64,000 nucleotides of DNA. Source: a virus (lineage: Duplodnaviria; Caudoviricetes). The stretch spans positions 1,417 to 65,416 of IMG/VR virus record IMGVR_UViG_3300026035_000002, one strand, 5' to 3'. The position numbers and the translations under genes are program-made. Each line of letters begins with the position of its first letter. Within the stretch, counting starts at the first letter, position 1. Of the stretch, positions 9,512 through 18,390 are shown piece after piece. The notes under the pieces are model-generated. The model was not told the origin of the DNA and did not search any database. It was given only the letters and a program-made list of their open reading frames with translations.

Positions 9512-10048
9512 TCACACGATCGGATCTTTCTTCTCGGTCGCTTTCAGCGCATCGACCTCGCCCAGAGTCATACGGCGGGCTCGTTTGTTCCGTGGCCATA
9601 GTTTCCGGATCGCCATGATCGCAAGTCTCTTTGGACTATGGCGTAGCTTGCCCTTGTCCTCGCGATCCAAGATCTTGAGATACCGCGTGGTGTCGCTGTA
9701 GTGAATCTTCTCGCGGGGTACGGTCTTATCCTTCGCGATCGGAATGTTCGTCGGCAGGACCAGTACTGCTTGCCGGATTTCCGGGAACAGCCAAGCCGCC
9801 TCCCTTTCCGACTTCAATTTTGCCATCGCTCGAGCGCGGATGATCCTTCGAAAGTGGGCAGCGCGCAGTGCCGAGTCGAGCTGCTCGAGGTATTCGGGAT
9901 CAGCCAGTTCAACAAGTTTCTCGATCAAATTTGCTATCGGCAGATCCGGATACAGAGCCTTCGCACTGTCCACAAGCTCTTCAGATTCGCGTTTTAGATC
10001 GTCTATCGACCGCTGAGTTAAGATCGGTTTTTCTCTTAAGCGTGTCAT
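9512..10048 (-). CDS. Hypothetical basic protein, last gene of lysogeny operon
   Basis: ATG immediately after the PAP2 stop; 178 aa. Confidence 0.7.
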   Translation of the reverse strand: MTRLREKPILTQRSIDDLKRESEELVDSAKALYPDLPIANLIEKLVELADPEYLEQLDSALRAAHFRRIIRARAMAKLKSEREAAWLFPEIRQAVLVLPTNIPIAKDKTVPREKIHYSDTTRYLKILDREDKGKLRHSPKRLAIMAIRKLWPRNKRARRMTLGEVDALKATEKKDPIV

Positions 10049-10049
10049 T

Positions 10050-11060
10050 TTAACCACACGTTGTATGCTTGCCGGAACACTGCTTTTCAGCAGTCCCGGC
10101 CTTCATTGCGCAATGTTCACCGTCGATGCATTTCCGGGCCAGTTGGATACAGGCCACCGCGAGCGCTGCTCCCGCAATTCCATCAGTGGCATAGTGCCAG
10201 CCCGTTGTGACGGTTGAGACCACAACCATCGCGGCAAGTACAATCGCAGGCCAGCGCAAGCGTCGGTAAGGCCATAGAGTGTAAGCTGCCATCACGGCCA
10301 GCGCCACATGAAACGAGGGAAAGGAAATCAACCCTCCCTTGTAATTCGGATCGGCTGAAAACGGACCGCTTGCCCGCAGTGCATAAAATTCCCGCATAAA
10401 AGTAGCCTGCTCGGGGAATGGCCTGAAGTTGAAGCCGTACCATGGGCCGACGGCTGGCATGACCGTGAGGACTAGGGAAGCTGCGATCGCGCTGATGCTG
10501 GTGGCGAGGATCAACACTTTGGCTCGCTTGAGATTACCGGATAGCGATGTGACGAAAATCGCGGCCGCTACCAGCCATTGCATGAAGGTATAGCTGACTG
10601 TCGAGAACAGATTGACCAGAGGATGAGCCCGCGTCCACGTCACGACGGCAGCGCAATCGAGTCCCATAAACCGATCACACTTCACGAGAAGGGGATCGAC
10701 CAAGGGGAGACCCGACCGAGCAGTCACAAGTGACGGCAGTTGGAGCAGGTTGACGAAAAGGGAAGACCACGCGATCAATAGGCATCCGTCGCGCAGACGG
10801 TCGTTTCCGGCCCAATGGCAGTAACCGGCTGTGGCGCAGATAGCGATAAGCGGAACGACACTGAACTGCACAAGCTCGAGTTTGGCTACCGAGACGGACT
10901 CAATTCGAAGCGCGATACCCACGACCAGCGCAAGCGAACCTGCAATCCACGCCATCAAGACATGGAAGCGATCGACTGTCTTTGAATCAGGTAAAGTGGT
11001 CGACCTGGCGGCGCCGTTTTCCGCTTCAGTCAGCAGTAGCTGATCAGCCATATTGCTCAC
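10050..11060 (-). CDS. PAP2-superfamily membrane enzyme (Aur1/IPC-synthase-like)
   Basis: Multiple TM helices; MPAVGP, FPSFHV and WHYATDGIAG motifs. Confidence 0.85.
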   Translation of the reverse strand: MSNMADQLLLTEAENGAARSTTLPDSKTVDRFHVLMAWIAGSLALVVGIALRIESVSVAKLELVQFSVVPLIAICATAGYCHWAGNDRLRDGCLLIAWSSLFVNLLQLPSLVTARSGLPLVDPLLVKCDRFMGLDCAAVVTWTRAHPLVNLFSTVSYTFMQWLVAAAIFVTSLSGNLKRAKVLILATSISAIAASLVLTVMPAVGPWYGFNFRPFPEQATFMREFYALRASGPFSADPNYKGGLISFPSFHVALAVMAAYTLWPYRRLRWPAIVLAAMVVVSTVTTGWHYATDGIAGAALAVACIQLARKCIDGEHCAMKAGTAEKQCSGKHTTCG

Positions 11061-11413
11061 TTCGCATCACCCACAAGGCTCTCGCAGGCGCGCAACCGCG
11101 AAAGATCCCGGCGGCTCAGTTGGGCTATCGGCTTATTGTCCAGGAGCAGGTGGATCTCCTGGCATGTAAGTGGAGTTGGTGGCGTCGACTTGCTGGTTTG
11201 GGTTGGGGGTGAGATCTCGTAAGCGACTATTGCGAGAACCACTATGCCGCCTAATACACAGAAGGCCACTGCCCATAAAGGCATGCCCGGATACGATTGT
11301 TGCTGTTCGGGCGAAATAGCCAACAGCTCGATCTTCCGAAGGCATCCACAGCCGGAGCAGAATTTCTCGAACCCCTCGGCTTGATGCCCGCACTTGGGAC
11401 AGAAGAGATTCAT
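11057..11413 (-). CDS. Zinc-ribbon single-pass membrane protein
   Basis: CPKCG...FCSGCG, then a TM helix. Confidence 0.8.
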   Translation of the reverse strand: MNLFCPKCGHQAEGFEKFCSGCGCLRKIELLAISPEQQQSYPGMPLWAVAFCVLGGIVVLAIVAYEISPPTQTSKSTPPTPLTCQEIHLLLDNKPIAQLSRRDLSRLRACESLVGDAK

Positions 11414-11422
11414 TGGCCGCTC

Positions 11423-11644
11423 CTACTTAGCTGCTAACTTCCCAGCCTTACTCTTCCCCGCTTTTTTCCCACCCGCTTTCTTGCGGCTCGACGCCGGACG
11501 TTTTGCATCGTGGCCCGCCCACCTCGCTTTAGCCGCGTTACTTGCAGCCGCACTTCTCTCCTCAGGCGTCATCATGGCGTAACGCCTCGCCACCATCTGG
11601 GCACCAATTGATTGCGTGCTGGCCGACTTCTCTTCCTTTGTCAC
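11423..11644 (-). CDS. Small basic protein (TPEERS..AAKARW motif) in repressor position
   Basis: GTG at 11644 lies 6 nt after a TACAAT -10 (leaderless); K/R-rich tail; first gene of the leftward operon. Confidence 0.65.
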   Translation of the reverse strand: MTKEEKSASTQSIGAQMVARRYAMMTPEERSAAASNAAKARWAGHDAKRPASSRKKAGGKKAGKSKAGKLAAK

Positions 11645-11650
11645 GACCAC

Positions 11651-11725
11651 ATTGTAGCCTACGTGGGCATCAGCTAAATTATTTGCGAAATTGTGATTGA
11701 CATGCCCACGTGGGCATGTCATACT
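11651..11725. promoter_or_regulatory. Divergent promoters with operator palindromes
   Basis: Rightward TTGACA(11697)-N17-CATACT; perfect 24-bp palindrome TGACATGCCCACGTGGGCATGTCA 11698-11721; 13/14 copy of the core at 11657-11670 next to leftward -10 TACAAT (11651-11656). Confidence 0.85.
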
Positions 11726-11756
11726 CAAAGAGTAGTAAGGAGCGAACGAAAACCCA

Positions 11757-12134
11757 ATGAAAACAGTCACCCGCTGGGAAGATATGTCGAAGCTGATGCA
11801 GCAGGAAGATGACGCGCTCGAAGCTTTCTACGAAGAGCGCGAAGCAGCAGAGTATCGCGCCCTCGAAGCGCGGATCGCCGCGGAGGACGCTGCGCTCCAG
11901 TGCGACGGCTCCGGAATTCTCGACGAATACTACATCGACGTCGACCAGACACGCGTAGTCAAATGCAACGGCTGCCCGGCCTGCGAACTCGCTCCCGCGA
12001 TGGTGTGCGAGACCGCCGACGAAGCGCCGATGCCGATGTGGATGGGCGAGGAAACGCCGCCGCGCCGCCCGATGCTCCCGGAACTCGACCCCAATTTAAA
12101 ATTCGTCTCGCTTCCCGAAAGGATGGCCTCGTAA
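11757..12134 (+). CDS. First early gene, acidic hypothetical with Cys motifs
   Basis: AAGGAG RBS; follows the rightward promoter. Confidence 0.7.
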   Translation: MKTVTRWEDMSKLMQQEDDALEAFYEEREAAEYRALEARIAAEDAALQCDGSGILDEYYIDVDQTRVVKCNGCPACELAPAMVCETADEAPMPMWMGEETPPRRPMLPELDPNLKFVSLPERMAS

Positions 12135-12271
12135 TGTCGAAGCTCGACCGGGTTGCGGTGTTACTGCTGGCGATGCCGGGCATCTTCGCGGTACTCCGCC
12201 TGGTGATCGTGCTTCACCACGAGCCGCTCACAGTGCAGCTCCTCGAGAAGATCGTGCGAGGTATCAATTGA
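12134..12271 (+). CDS. Small membrane peptide
   Basis: TAATG coupling; 45 aa, hydrophobic. Confidence 0.55.
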   Translation: MSKLDRVAVLLLAMPGIFAVLRLVIVLHHEPLTVQLLEKIVRGIN

Positions 12272-12747
12272 TCCTCCGCCACTACAAAGCGCCGAAGCAG
12301 GATCCGGCTCGCGATGCAGGCTACCTTCGATGGGTCCGGACGCAAGCTTGTGTGGTCTGCGGAACGTTTCGGCGAGTGGAAGCAGCGCACGTCGGCGAGC
12401 GCGGCCTCGGCCAGAAATGCCCGGACCGGCAATCACTCCCCCTTTGCGAAACGCATCACCGCATGGGGCCTCACGCCCACCATGTGCTTGGGAATAAATT
12501 CTGGAGTTACTGGAGCCTGGACCGGCACTCTTTGATTGCCGAATACAACCGGGCCTTTGAGAACAAGTTTGGGTCGGTCACTGATGACACGGCGGTGACT
12601 GGCTCCGAAAGAGGGGAAGGGACAAGGCGACTGGAAGAGGGCGCCACCCTTCCGCCTCATTTCGAAATCTGCAGTGAAGTGTCACAAAGCGAAAAAAGGA
12701 GAAACGACGATGGCAGTTTTACGATTCGATCCAAACGCAGCGCTTGA
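12268..12747 (+). CDS. DUF968-like His-Me finger nuclease
   Basis: YLRWVRTQACVVCG...AAHV....GLGQKCPD..SLPLCETHH. Confidence 0.75.
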   Translation: MILRHYKAPKQDPARDAGYLRWVRTQACVVCGTFRRVEAAHVGERGLGQKCPDRQSLPLCETHHRMGPHAHHVLGNKFWSYWSLDRHSLIAEYNRAFENKFGSVTDDTAVTGSERGEGTRRLEEGATLPPHFEICSEVSQSEKRRNDDGSFTIRSKRSA

Positions 12748-13423
12748 GGTTGCGTTGAAGTACGACGGCGGGAAGCAAGTGAAGTCCCGCATCCCAGACG
12801 CCCCGGACCAGATGATGTACACGGTCTGCGGTGACGATACGATTTACGTCCCCCTGCATGTCGGGGAACAGATTGAAAAGCTCGGCATCAAAAAGATGGA
12901 GCTATTTTCCATCTGCAAGACCGTTAAGCAGAACGTTACCAGGTGGGAAGTGAAGCGCTTGAGTGAAGCGGCCGAACCGGCGCCGCCCGCCAGAAACGGC
13001 GATACCTTCGAACGGCTAGCCACCGCTATCGACGCGACACCACTGGCACGCCAGCTCACCAACTCGATCAACAACGTCAGAGAACAGAAAGCGCAGCGGG
13101 CCTCATCCTTGCAAGATTCACCCGCCGCGCCTCAGTCGAGCACTCAACAGACAAGCACTCAGCAACCCAATGTTACCCCGCCGCTACAAGGCCACACTCG
13201 CGCCAGTTCCGTGATGGCCGCCGCCCTCATCGCAGGCATCGACGCCATGATCACGGCAGAGCAATACGCAGTCTCGAAAGGCATCCCGGTAAAGCCGCTC
13301 TCGGTCGAATTTCTGGCAGAGGACATTCGCTGCATCGCAAACACTCTCTACATCCAGGCCTGCAAGGATCCTCTTTTCTCCGAGCGCATGAATCAGGGAG
13401 GTGCATCGCAATGGCGGCAATAG
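12710..13423 (+). CDS. Hypothetical protein in recombination module
   Basis: AAGGAG RBS; lies between nuclease and Gp157. Confidence 0.7.
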   Translation: MAVLRFDPNAALEVALKYDGGKQVKSRIPDAPDQMMYTVCGDDTIYVPLHVGEQIEKLGIKKMELFSICKTVKQNVTRWEVKRLSEAAEPAPPARNGDTFERLATAIDATPLARQLTNSINNVREQKAQRASSLQDSPAAPQSSTQQTSTQQPNVTPPLQGHTRASSVMAAALIAGIDAMITAEQYAVSKGIPVKPLSVEFLAEDIRCIANTLYIQACKDPLFSERMNQGGASQWRQ

Positions 13424-14064
13424 CGATCGTTGCACCGCAACACAACCAGGGAGTCCCTACGGGGGCTCTCTTCGCGATCGAAGAGCACCTAGCCGCTCTC
13501 GAGAACTCAGCCGAGCTGGTTGCCCCGGAGCAGGAACAGCAATTCCTGGCCGAATTCCAGACCGCACTGACCACGGCCGTCGACAAGCGCGATCGCGTCG
13601 CCGGGTTCCTCGCCCGCCTCGAAGCGCAGCAAGCCTATGCAGCCTCCGAAATCTCCCGGCTGCAGGCCTTCAAGAAAGCCCGGGAAGCTGACCAGGCCCG
13701 CCTCGAGGGATACATCGCCTACACCATCGAATCGCTCGGCAAAGACGACAAGGGTAAGTACCGCCGCCTCGAGGGGAACTCGAGCGTGTTGTTCCTCCGG
13801 ACCTGCCCGGCATCGGTTGAAGTAACGGACGAATCATCCGTACCGCTCGACTACAAGACCGCCACTGTAAAGCTACCCGCCGCACTCTGGAACGACGTCC
13901 TCAATGCTCTCGACGACGGTCTACGAGACACCGTACTGGCCGCCACCTCGCGCGATCTGGCGTTGACGGCCGACAAACGCGCCATCAAAGCCGCCATCGA
14001 AGCGAAATCCGAAGTGCCCGGCGCCCGCCTCATCACCGACAAGACGAACGTGGGGAGGAAATAG
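13411..14064 (+). CDS. Siphovirus Gp157-family protein
   Basis: DKRDRVAGFLARLE...EISRLQAFKKARE....RLEGYI; DKRAIKAAIE...VPGARL. Confidence 0.85.
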   Translation: MAAIAIVAPQHNQGVPTGALFAIEEHLAALENSAELVAPEQEQQFLAEFQTALTTAVDKRDRVAGFLARLEAQQAYAASEISRLQAFKKAREADQARLEGYIAYTIESLGKDDKGKYRRLEGNSSVLFLRTCPASVEVTDESSVPLDYKTATVKLPAALWNDVLNALDDGLRDTVLAATSRDLALTADKRAIKAAIEAKSEVPGARLITDKTNVGRK

Positions 14065-14066
14065 CC

Positions 14067-14282
14067 TTGGAACAACAACTCAGTCCTTCCCACCGCTCCA
14101 TCCTCCACCTGCTGGCAAGCGGCCACACAACGCGGGATGTCGCGCTTCTCCGCCACGTCAGCCTCCACACCGTCAGAGCGCAACTCTCGACGGTCTACCA
14201 AGCACTCGGTATCCACCACCGGGCCGAACTCGTGCTCTGGGCCCTGAACAACGGCTTCGGATCGAAGGAGGTCCGCTCGTGA
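14067..14282 (+). CDS. Stand-alone LuxR/GerE-type HTH protein
   Basis: LSPSHRSILHLLASGHTTRDVA...VSLHTVRAQLSTVYQALG. Confidence 0.85.
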   Translation: MEQQLSPSHRSILHLLASGHTTRDVALLRHVSLHTVRAQLSTVYQALGIHHRAELVLWALNNGFGSKEVRS

Positions 14283-14500
14283 TCATCCTCAACATCCAGT
14301 TACCCTGCCCGAGCTGCGCCACACAGCCCGGGCAGGACAGCCAGCCGAACTACTGCCGCAAATGTGGAGGCCTCGGCTATCTCAGAAGCACGATATCAGC
14401 CCACCAGCTCTCACGCATGGGGGAGATACCGCAAATTCTCGGAGCTTCCGTCACCGTGGTTCCCCGCCGCCGGCACCAGAAAGTGAGGACCGCCCGATGA
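14279..14500 (+). CDS. Small DnaJ-type zinc-finger protein
   Basis: CPSC...CRKCGGLG; GTGA coupling. Confidence 0.6.
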   Translation: MIILNIQLPCPSCATQPGQDSQPNYCRKCGGLGYLRSTISAHQLSRMGEIPQILGASVTVVPRRRHQKVRTAR

Positions 14501-14820
14501 GCGCACTTGCCATCAATCACCAGCCCGGAGCCCTCGAGTCCGGAGCCTGGGCGGAAGACGAACAGCAATGCCACGTCTGCGGACAGCTCGGCAACGACGT
14601 CCAGGAGCTAGGCGCCGAACTTGAGCAATGTAAGAGACAACTTGCGAAAGCTCATCAAGTGCTGCGGGCAGTCCGGAAGATCGAACCTCGCCCCGCAAAG
14701 TGTGTCGGGTTCGACGACGATGCGACCGCCAACACCGTGGTTGCCTACGCCGAGACTCTCGCCGGCATCAAAGCCCGGATCGATTTGTACCTCGCTGCGG
14801 TACCGGAGGTGCGATCGTGA
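14497..14820 (+). CDS. Hypothetical protein
   Basis: ATGA coupling; CxxC plus coiled coil. Confidence 0.6.
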   Translation: MSALAINHQPGALESGAWAEDEQQCHVCGQLGNDVQELGAELEQCKRQLAKAHQVLRAVRKIEPRPAKCVGFDDDATANTVVAYAETLAGIKARIDLYLAAVPEVRS

Positions 14821-15107
14821 GCACTACTACCACCGTCCGCTTCCTCCAGGAGCCACTGCCGCGGCCAGTATCCCGGCAGCCGGGCAGGGAAGCCATCACG
14901 TACGCCCAGTCCGCGATCGTCGAGCAGCTCGCCCGCGGACTCAATACGAGGCAGACTGCCGAGCGGCTCGGCATCAGCGTACTCACCGTGCGCGCGCAGA
15001 TTCACTACACGCACCGGAGGCTCGGGTTCACCCACCGCGGCGAGTTGCTGGTGTGGGCGCTTGCTCACGGGTTCGGCAGCGGATCGCCGGCGAGAGGCGC
15101 TCAATGA
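14817..15107 (+). CDS. Second stand-alone LuxR/GerE-type HTH protein
   Basis: QSAIVEQLARGLNTRQTAERLGISVLTVRAQIHYTHRRLG; paralogue of 14067. Confidence 0.85.
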   Translation: MSTTTTVRFLQEPLPRPVSRQPGREAITYAQSAIVEQLARGLNTRQTAERLGISVLTVRAQIHYTHRRLGFTHRGELLVWALAHGFGSGSPARGAQ

Positions 15108-15229
15108 TGGCGCTGTACGTTGTGTGCCTGTCGGTTGCCGTAATTCTCGTGGTTCGGTGGGGGAGGCGGCGCGCACGGCGCCGTCGCCTTCGCCGGGCAC
15201 TTGAAAGGGCGTGTGCGACACTCACCTGA
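15104..15229 (+). CDS. Small membrane peptide with Arg-rich tail
   Basis: 41 aa, TM helix then RRRARRRRLRR. Confidence 0.5.
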   Translation: MMALYVVCLSVAVILVVRWGRRRARRRRLRRALERACATLT

Positions 15230-15261
15230 AAATGCCGCGGCGAACTCGATTAGATAAGCAG

Positions 15262-15942
15262 ATGCCCCAGAAGCAGCTCACCGCCGCGATCTATGCCCGC
15301 GTCTCGACGAAAGACAAGGGCCAGGACACGGAGAATCAACTCTCCCAGCTCCGGCGCTACGCGGCGAAGCAGGAATGGGAAGTTGTCGAGTTTATCGACC
15401 ATGATCACGGCGACGTGGCTGAGCGCGCCAGATTCCTGGATATGTTCGCAGCCGCGGCGAAGAGAGAGATTGATCTGGTGCTCACCTGGGCTCTCGACCG
15501 TTTCACCCGGGAGGGCGTTGCCGAGACCTTCATCTACATCGCCCGCCTCGCCACATGGGGCGTGAAATACGAATCGCTGACTGAGCCACACTTCCGCACA
15601 ACAGGACCGGCCGGCGAACTGATGATCGCGATCGCGGCCTGGATTGCCAAGCAGGAGCGGATCCGGATCAGCGAGCGTACCAAGGCTGGCCTGGCTACTG
15701 CGCGTGCCAAGGGGAAGATTCTCGGCCGGCCACGGAAGGTCTTCCGTCGCGATGTCGCCGAGGAACTTCGGGCGAAGGGGATGAGCTGGCGCAAGATCGA
15801 GAAGGAACTCGGAGTTCCCCAGGCTACAATCCGAAAAGCGCTCGCAGAGCGAAAAATCCGCCAAAAGACCGAAAAACCGCGTGTGCAGAAAACCTATGTG
15901 AAACCTCCCCGGAAAACGACGCAAACAAAACACAAGACTTAG
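15262..15942 (+). CDS. Small serine recombinase (resolvase/invertase)
   Basis: AAIYARVST (catalytic Ser), WALDRFTR, ERIRISERTKAGL..A...G..LGRP, C-terminal HTH; start may be 15211 or 15232. Confidence 0.92.
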   Translation: MPQKQLTAAIYARVSTKDKGQDTENQLSQLRRYAAKQEWEVVEFIDHDHGDVAERARFLDMFAAAAKREIDLVLTWALDRFTREGVAETFIYIARLATWGVKYESLTEPHFRTTGPAGELMIAIAAWIAKQERIRISERTKAGLATARAKGKILGRPRKVFRRDVAEELRAKGMSWRKIEKELGVPQATIRKALAERKIRQKTEKPRVQKTYVKPPRKTTQTKHKT

Positions 15943-16153
15943 GCAGTTTCCCTGTGCCGCATACGGTCGTTAGATGCACAGTCCCGCAACACTTCCCACC
16001 CCATAAATACCTCGCCAAACACGATTACATAGGCGTGGGGCTGTTGTCTCAAGAAGAGGGAGGCGCGCCGCCGGCGCCCGCTGGCGCGGCGTCTCCCCCG
16101 CTACAAAACGCGACAATTTCAACGCGATATAAGGCGCGGGTGCCGAACCATGT

Positions 16154-16432
16154 ATGAGGCGTAGGCGAATGAGAGCCCTTCGTCAGTTCACGTTTTTCTT
16201 CAGCGTTCAGGCGTTGAGCTACGCCGCGATCACCTGGAACTACCGATCGACCGCACAAGCGCGTTACGTCCACATGTTCTTTTCAGATATGCTCTGCGCG
16301 TTTCTCGGCTTCACCCTCATCAAGCGGATCGCCGACACCAAATCAAAGGTTGCCCTTGCAGGCTACGTCCTTGGCGGCGCGTGCGGCTCAGTCCTGTCGG
16401 CCTGGGCGTCGACTCTCGTTTTCGGGCAGTGA
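16154..16432 (+). CDS. Small multi-pass membrane protein (DUF5698-like)
   Basis: Three hydrophobic segments ending AGYVLGGACGSVLSAW. Confidence 0.65.
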   Translation: MRRRRMRALRQFTFFFSVQALSYAAITWNYRSTAQARYVHMFFSDMLCAFLGFTLIKRIADTKSKVALAGYVLGGACGSVLSAWASTLVFGQ

Positions 16433-16435
16433 ACG

Positions 16436-16744
16436 ATGACTCAAATGCCCCCCGAGTTCAGCTTCGCATTCCACTACAAGCACACCAAGATCTGGCACAT
16501 CCGCCGCATCGGGCCACGCGGCCGGCTGAAGTGCCCTGACACGCCCGCGCTCTGCCGCGCTCCCATCACCTGCGACATAGCGGTTGACGTGACGCTCGAG
16601 CGGATGCGCGATCCGGCGTGCTGTATCTTCTGCATGACATGCTGCATTGCTGAGACGGTTGATCCCGGCTCCCCGCAGGCAGCTCCGCCCGCGCTTGGAA
16701 TTGAGGACCTCGCGGATCAGTGGGGTGAGCACGCCGGCGGGTAG
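16436..16744 (+). CDS. Cys-rich hypothetical protein
   Basis: Co-oriented, 3 bp after the previous stop. Confidence 0.55.
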   Translation: MTQMPPEFSFAFHYKHTKIWHIRRIGPRGRLKCPDTPALCRAPITCDIAVDVTLERMRDPACCIFCMTCCIAETVDPGSPQAAPPALGIEDLADQWGEHAGG

Positions 16745-16977
16745 GCTCGCACTTTCTCCCTGGCACAACTCTGCTCCTGACCTGCCTGCCTGCCCCTCTT
16801 CTTATATTCACTATTTAAGAGTTTCTATTTCATATAAGGAGGGCCCCCCCGAAAACTCCCCTCCAGTTGGGTCGAAAACTCCCTTCGAAGGTAGTTAAAT
16901 CTACCCTCGAGTGCTAAGCCGGTTGGATTACCACCAAACGACGTAGTACTTTCCCCGAGGTCTTGACGCGTTTTTTA

Positions 16978-17007
16978 TTGACACTTAAACGCTTCCTCGA
17001 CTATGCT
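16978..17007 (+). promoter_or_regulatory. Putative int promoter
   Basis: TTGACA-N18-TATGCT, 20 nt before int ATG, preceded by a T-tract. Confidence 0.6.
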
Positions 17008-17027
17008 TCCCAACAAGCCTTACCCCG

Positions 17028-17948
17028 ATGACTTTTGGCGACCTGGTTAATGATTTCGAGACGGCCTACATGCCCAACCTTTCGGCACCGACGCGCAGTA
17101 AGTATGCGTCTCTGCTTCGTTGCCACGTGCGGCCGGAGTTTGCCGGCATGAAGGTGGAGGACGTAAGCCGGCGCCGCATCGACGAATGGCTCGCCAGCAA
17201 GTCGAAAGACGGGCTTTCATGGGCAACTCGCGCCGATTTACGCAACCTGGTCAGCTCGGTTTTCACCCGGGCCGATCTGTGGGACACGTATAACGGGAAA
17301 AATCCCGCTCAAAAAGCAAATCCCGGACGTAAGACAGCGTGTTACGAGAAACGTAAGATGTCTGTGGAGCAGACCAAGCGCCTTTTGCACGCATTGCCGC
17401 CGGATGTGCGCCTCGTTTGCATGGTCGCGCTGTTCCTCGGGTTGCGGATTTCCGAGGTGCTTGGGCTCTGCTGGAAGCACATCGACTGGGATCGCGGGAT
17501 GGTCCTGATCCGGCAGCGGTACTGGCGCGGCGACCTCGATCGCACAAAAAGCGAAGCGGCGGACCGTGATATTCCGTTCGGAAATCTGACCGATTTGCTG
17601 AGCAAACTCTGTCCCGGACCTGATGCCGGCGAGCGCTATTGTTTCGAAGTTCGCACGACGAAGGGCATAACTCGCGACGATCGATCGATCCGCAGATATT
17701 TTTTAAAGCCCGCCGCAGAAAAATTGGGCATTAACTATAAAGGTTTTGGTTTCCACGCGTTTCGGCGTGAAGCAGTGACCGCGATTGCCGGAAAAACCGA
17801 CGCAATTCAGGCTTCGAGACTTGCGGGTCACACCCGAATGGATGTTACACTCTTGTACGGACTCGATGATTACGCCCGACAAGAGCGCGCGATTAAATCC
17901 AACCAGGAGCCGTATGTGACGGCGGGCCTGCTGGGGGTCGCAAAGTGA
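17028..17948 (+). CDS. int: Tyrosine integrase
   Basis: GLRISE, FHAFRR, AGHT, TLLY catalytic set; adjacent tRNA-derived attP. Confidence 0.93.
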   Translation: MTFGDLVNDFETAYMPNLSAPTRSKYASLLRCHVRPEFAGMKVEDVSRRRIDEWLASKSKDGLSWATRADLRNLVSSVFTRADLWDTYNGKNPAQKANPGRKTACYEKRKMSVEQTKRLLHALPPDVRLVCMVALFLGLRISEVLGLCWKHIDWDRGMVLIRQRYWRGDLDRTKSEAADRDIPFGNLTDLLSKLCPGPDAGERYCFEVRTTKGITRDDRSIRRYFLKPAAEKLGINYKGFGFHAFRREAVTAIAGKTDAIQASRLAGHTRMDVTLLYGLDDYARQERAIKSNQEPYVTAGLLGVAK

Positions 17949-18018
17949 CGACGTTCACGCGTCTCTTTCGTAGCGCACTCGCAGCGGTGTCTCTACTTTT
18001 TTCTGTGGAGGGGATTTA

Positions 18019-18065
18019 CCTTGACACGGAAGAGGTCAGAGATTCGAGTTCTCTTAGGCCCACCA
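18019..18065 (+). other. attP core: 3' half of tRNA-Val(GAC)
   Basis: CC-TTGACAC-GGAAG-AGGTC-AGAGA-TTCGAGT-TCTCT-TAGGCCC-A-CCA; no 5' half upstream, so not a functional tRNA gene. Confidence 0.88.
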
Positions 18066-18390
18066 CTCTTTTTCAAAAGCAGCTTCGCTTAGAGGACCCA
18101 AACCACGACCTTATAGGCCCGCGGTTTATGCGGCCGCCTCCGCCCATCGTCCGCGTCAACGCTGACCAGCTACTTTTGGAAGAGGGCCCAATCAGCGTTT
18201 GCACGCGAAGGACGAACAAAGGCGGCCAGGATCGTTTTCGATCCGACGACTACTGAATTGTAGCCGCTCAGCGTTTCGTTCTCCAAGTTTTTCCGGATTT
18301 CCCGACGTACTATTTAGTGCAAACAGTACTAAAGTACTACCCGGGAGATGTGAGGGCGGTGCCTTCCTCTTCCACACCGCTCGCTTCACT

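Noticed and set aside
16745-16900. Decayed replication-gene fragment on minus strand
   Set aside because: Only short interrupted frames; no recognisable motif, so reported only as a repeat-bearing regulatory region
18019-18065. Complete tRNA gene
   Set aside because: No acceptor 5' strand or D-arm upstream; 5' anticodon stem mismatched
17945-18256. 103-aa ORF after int
   Set aside because: Runs straight through the tRNA-derived attP core; protein looks random
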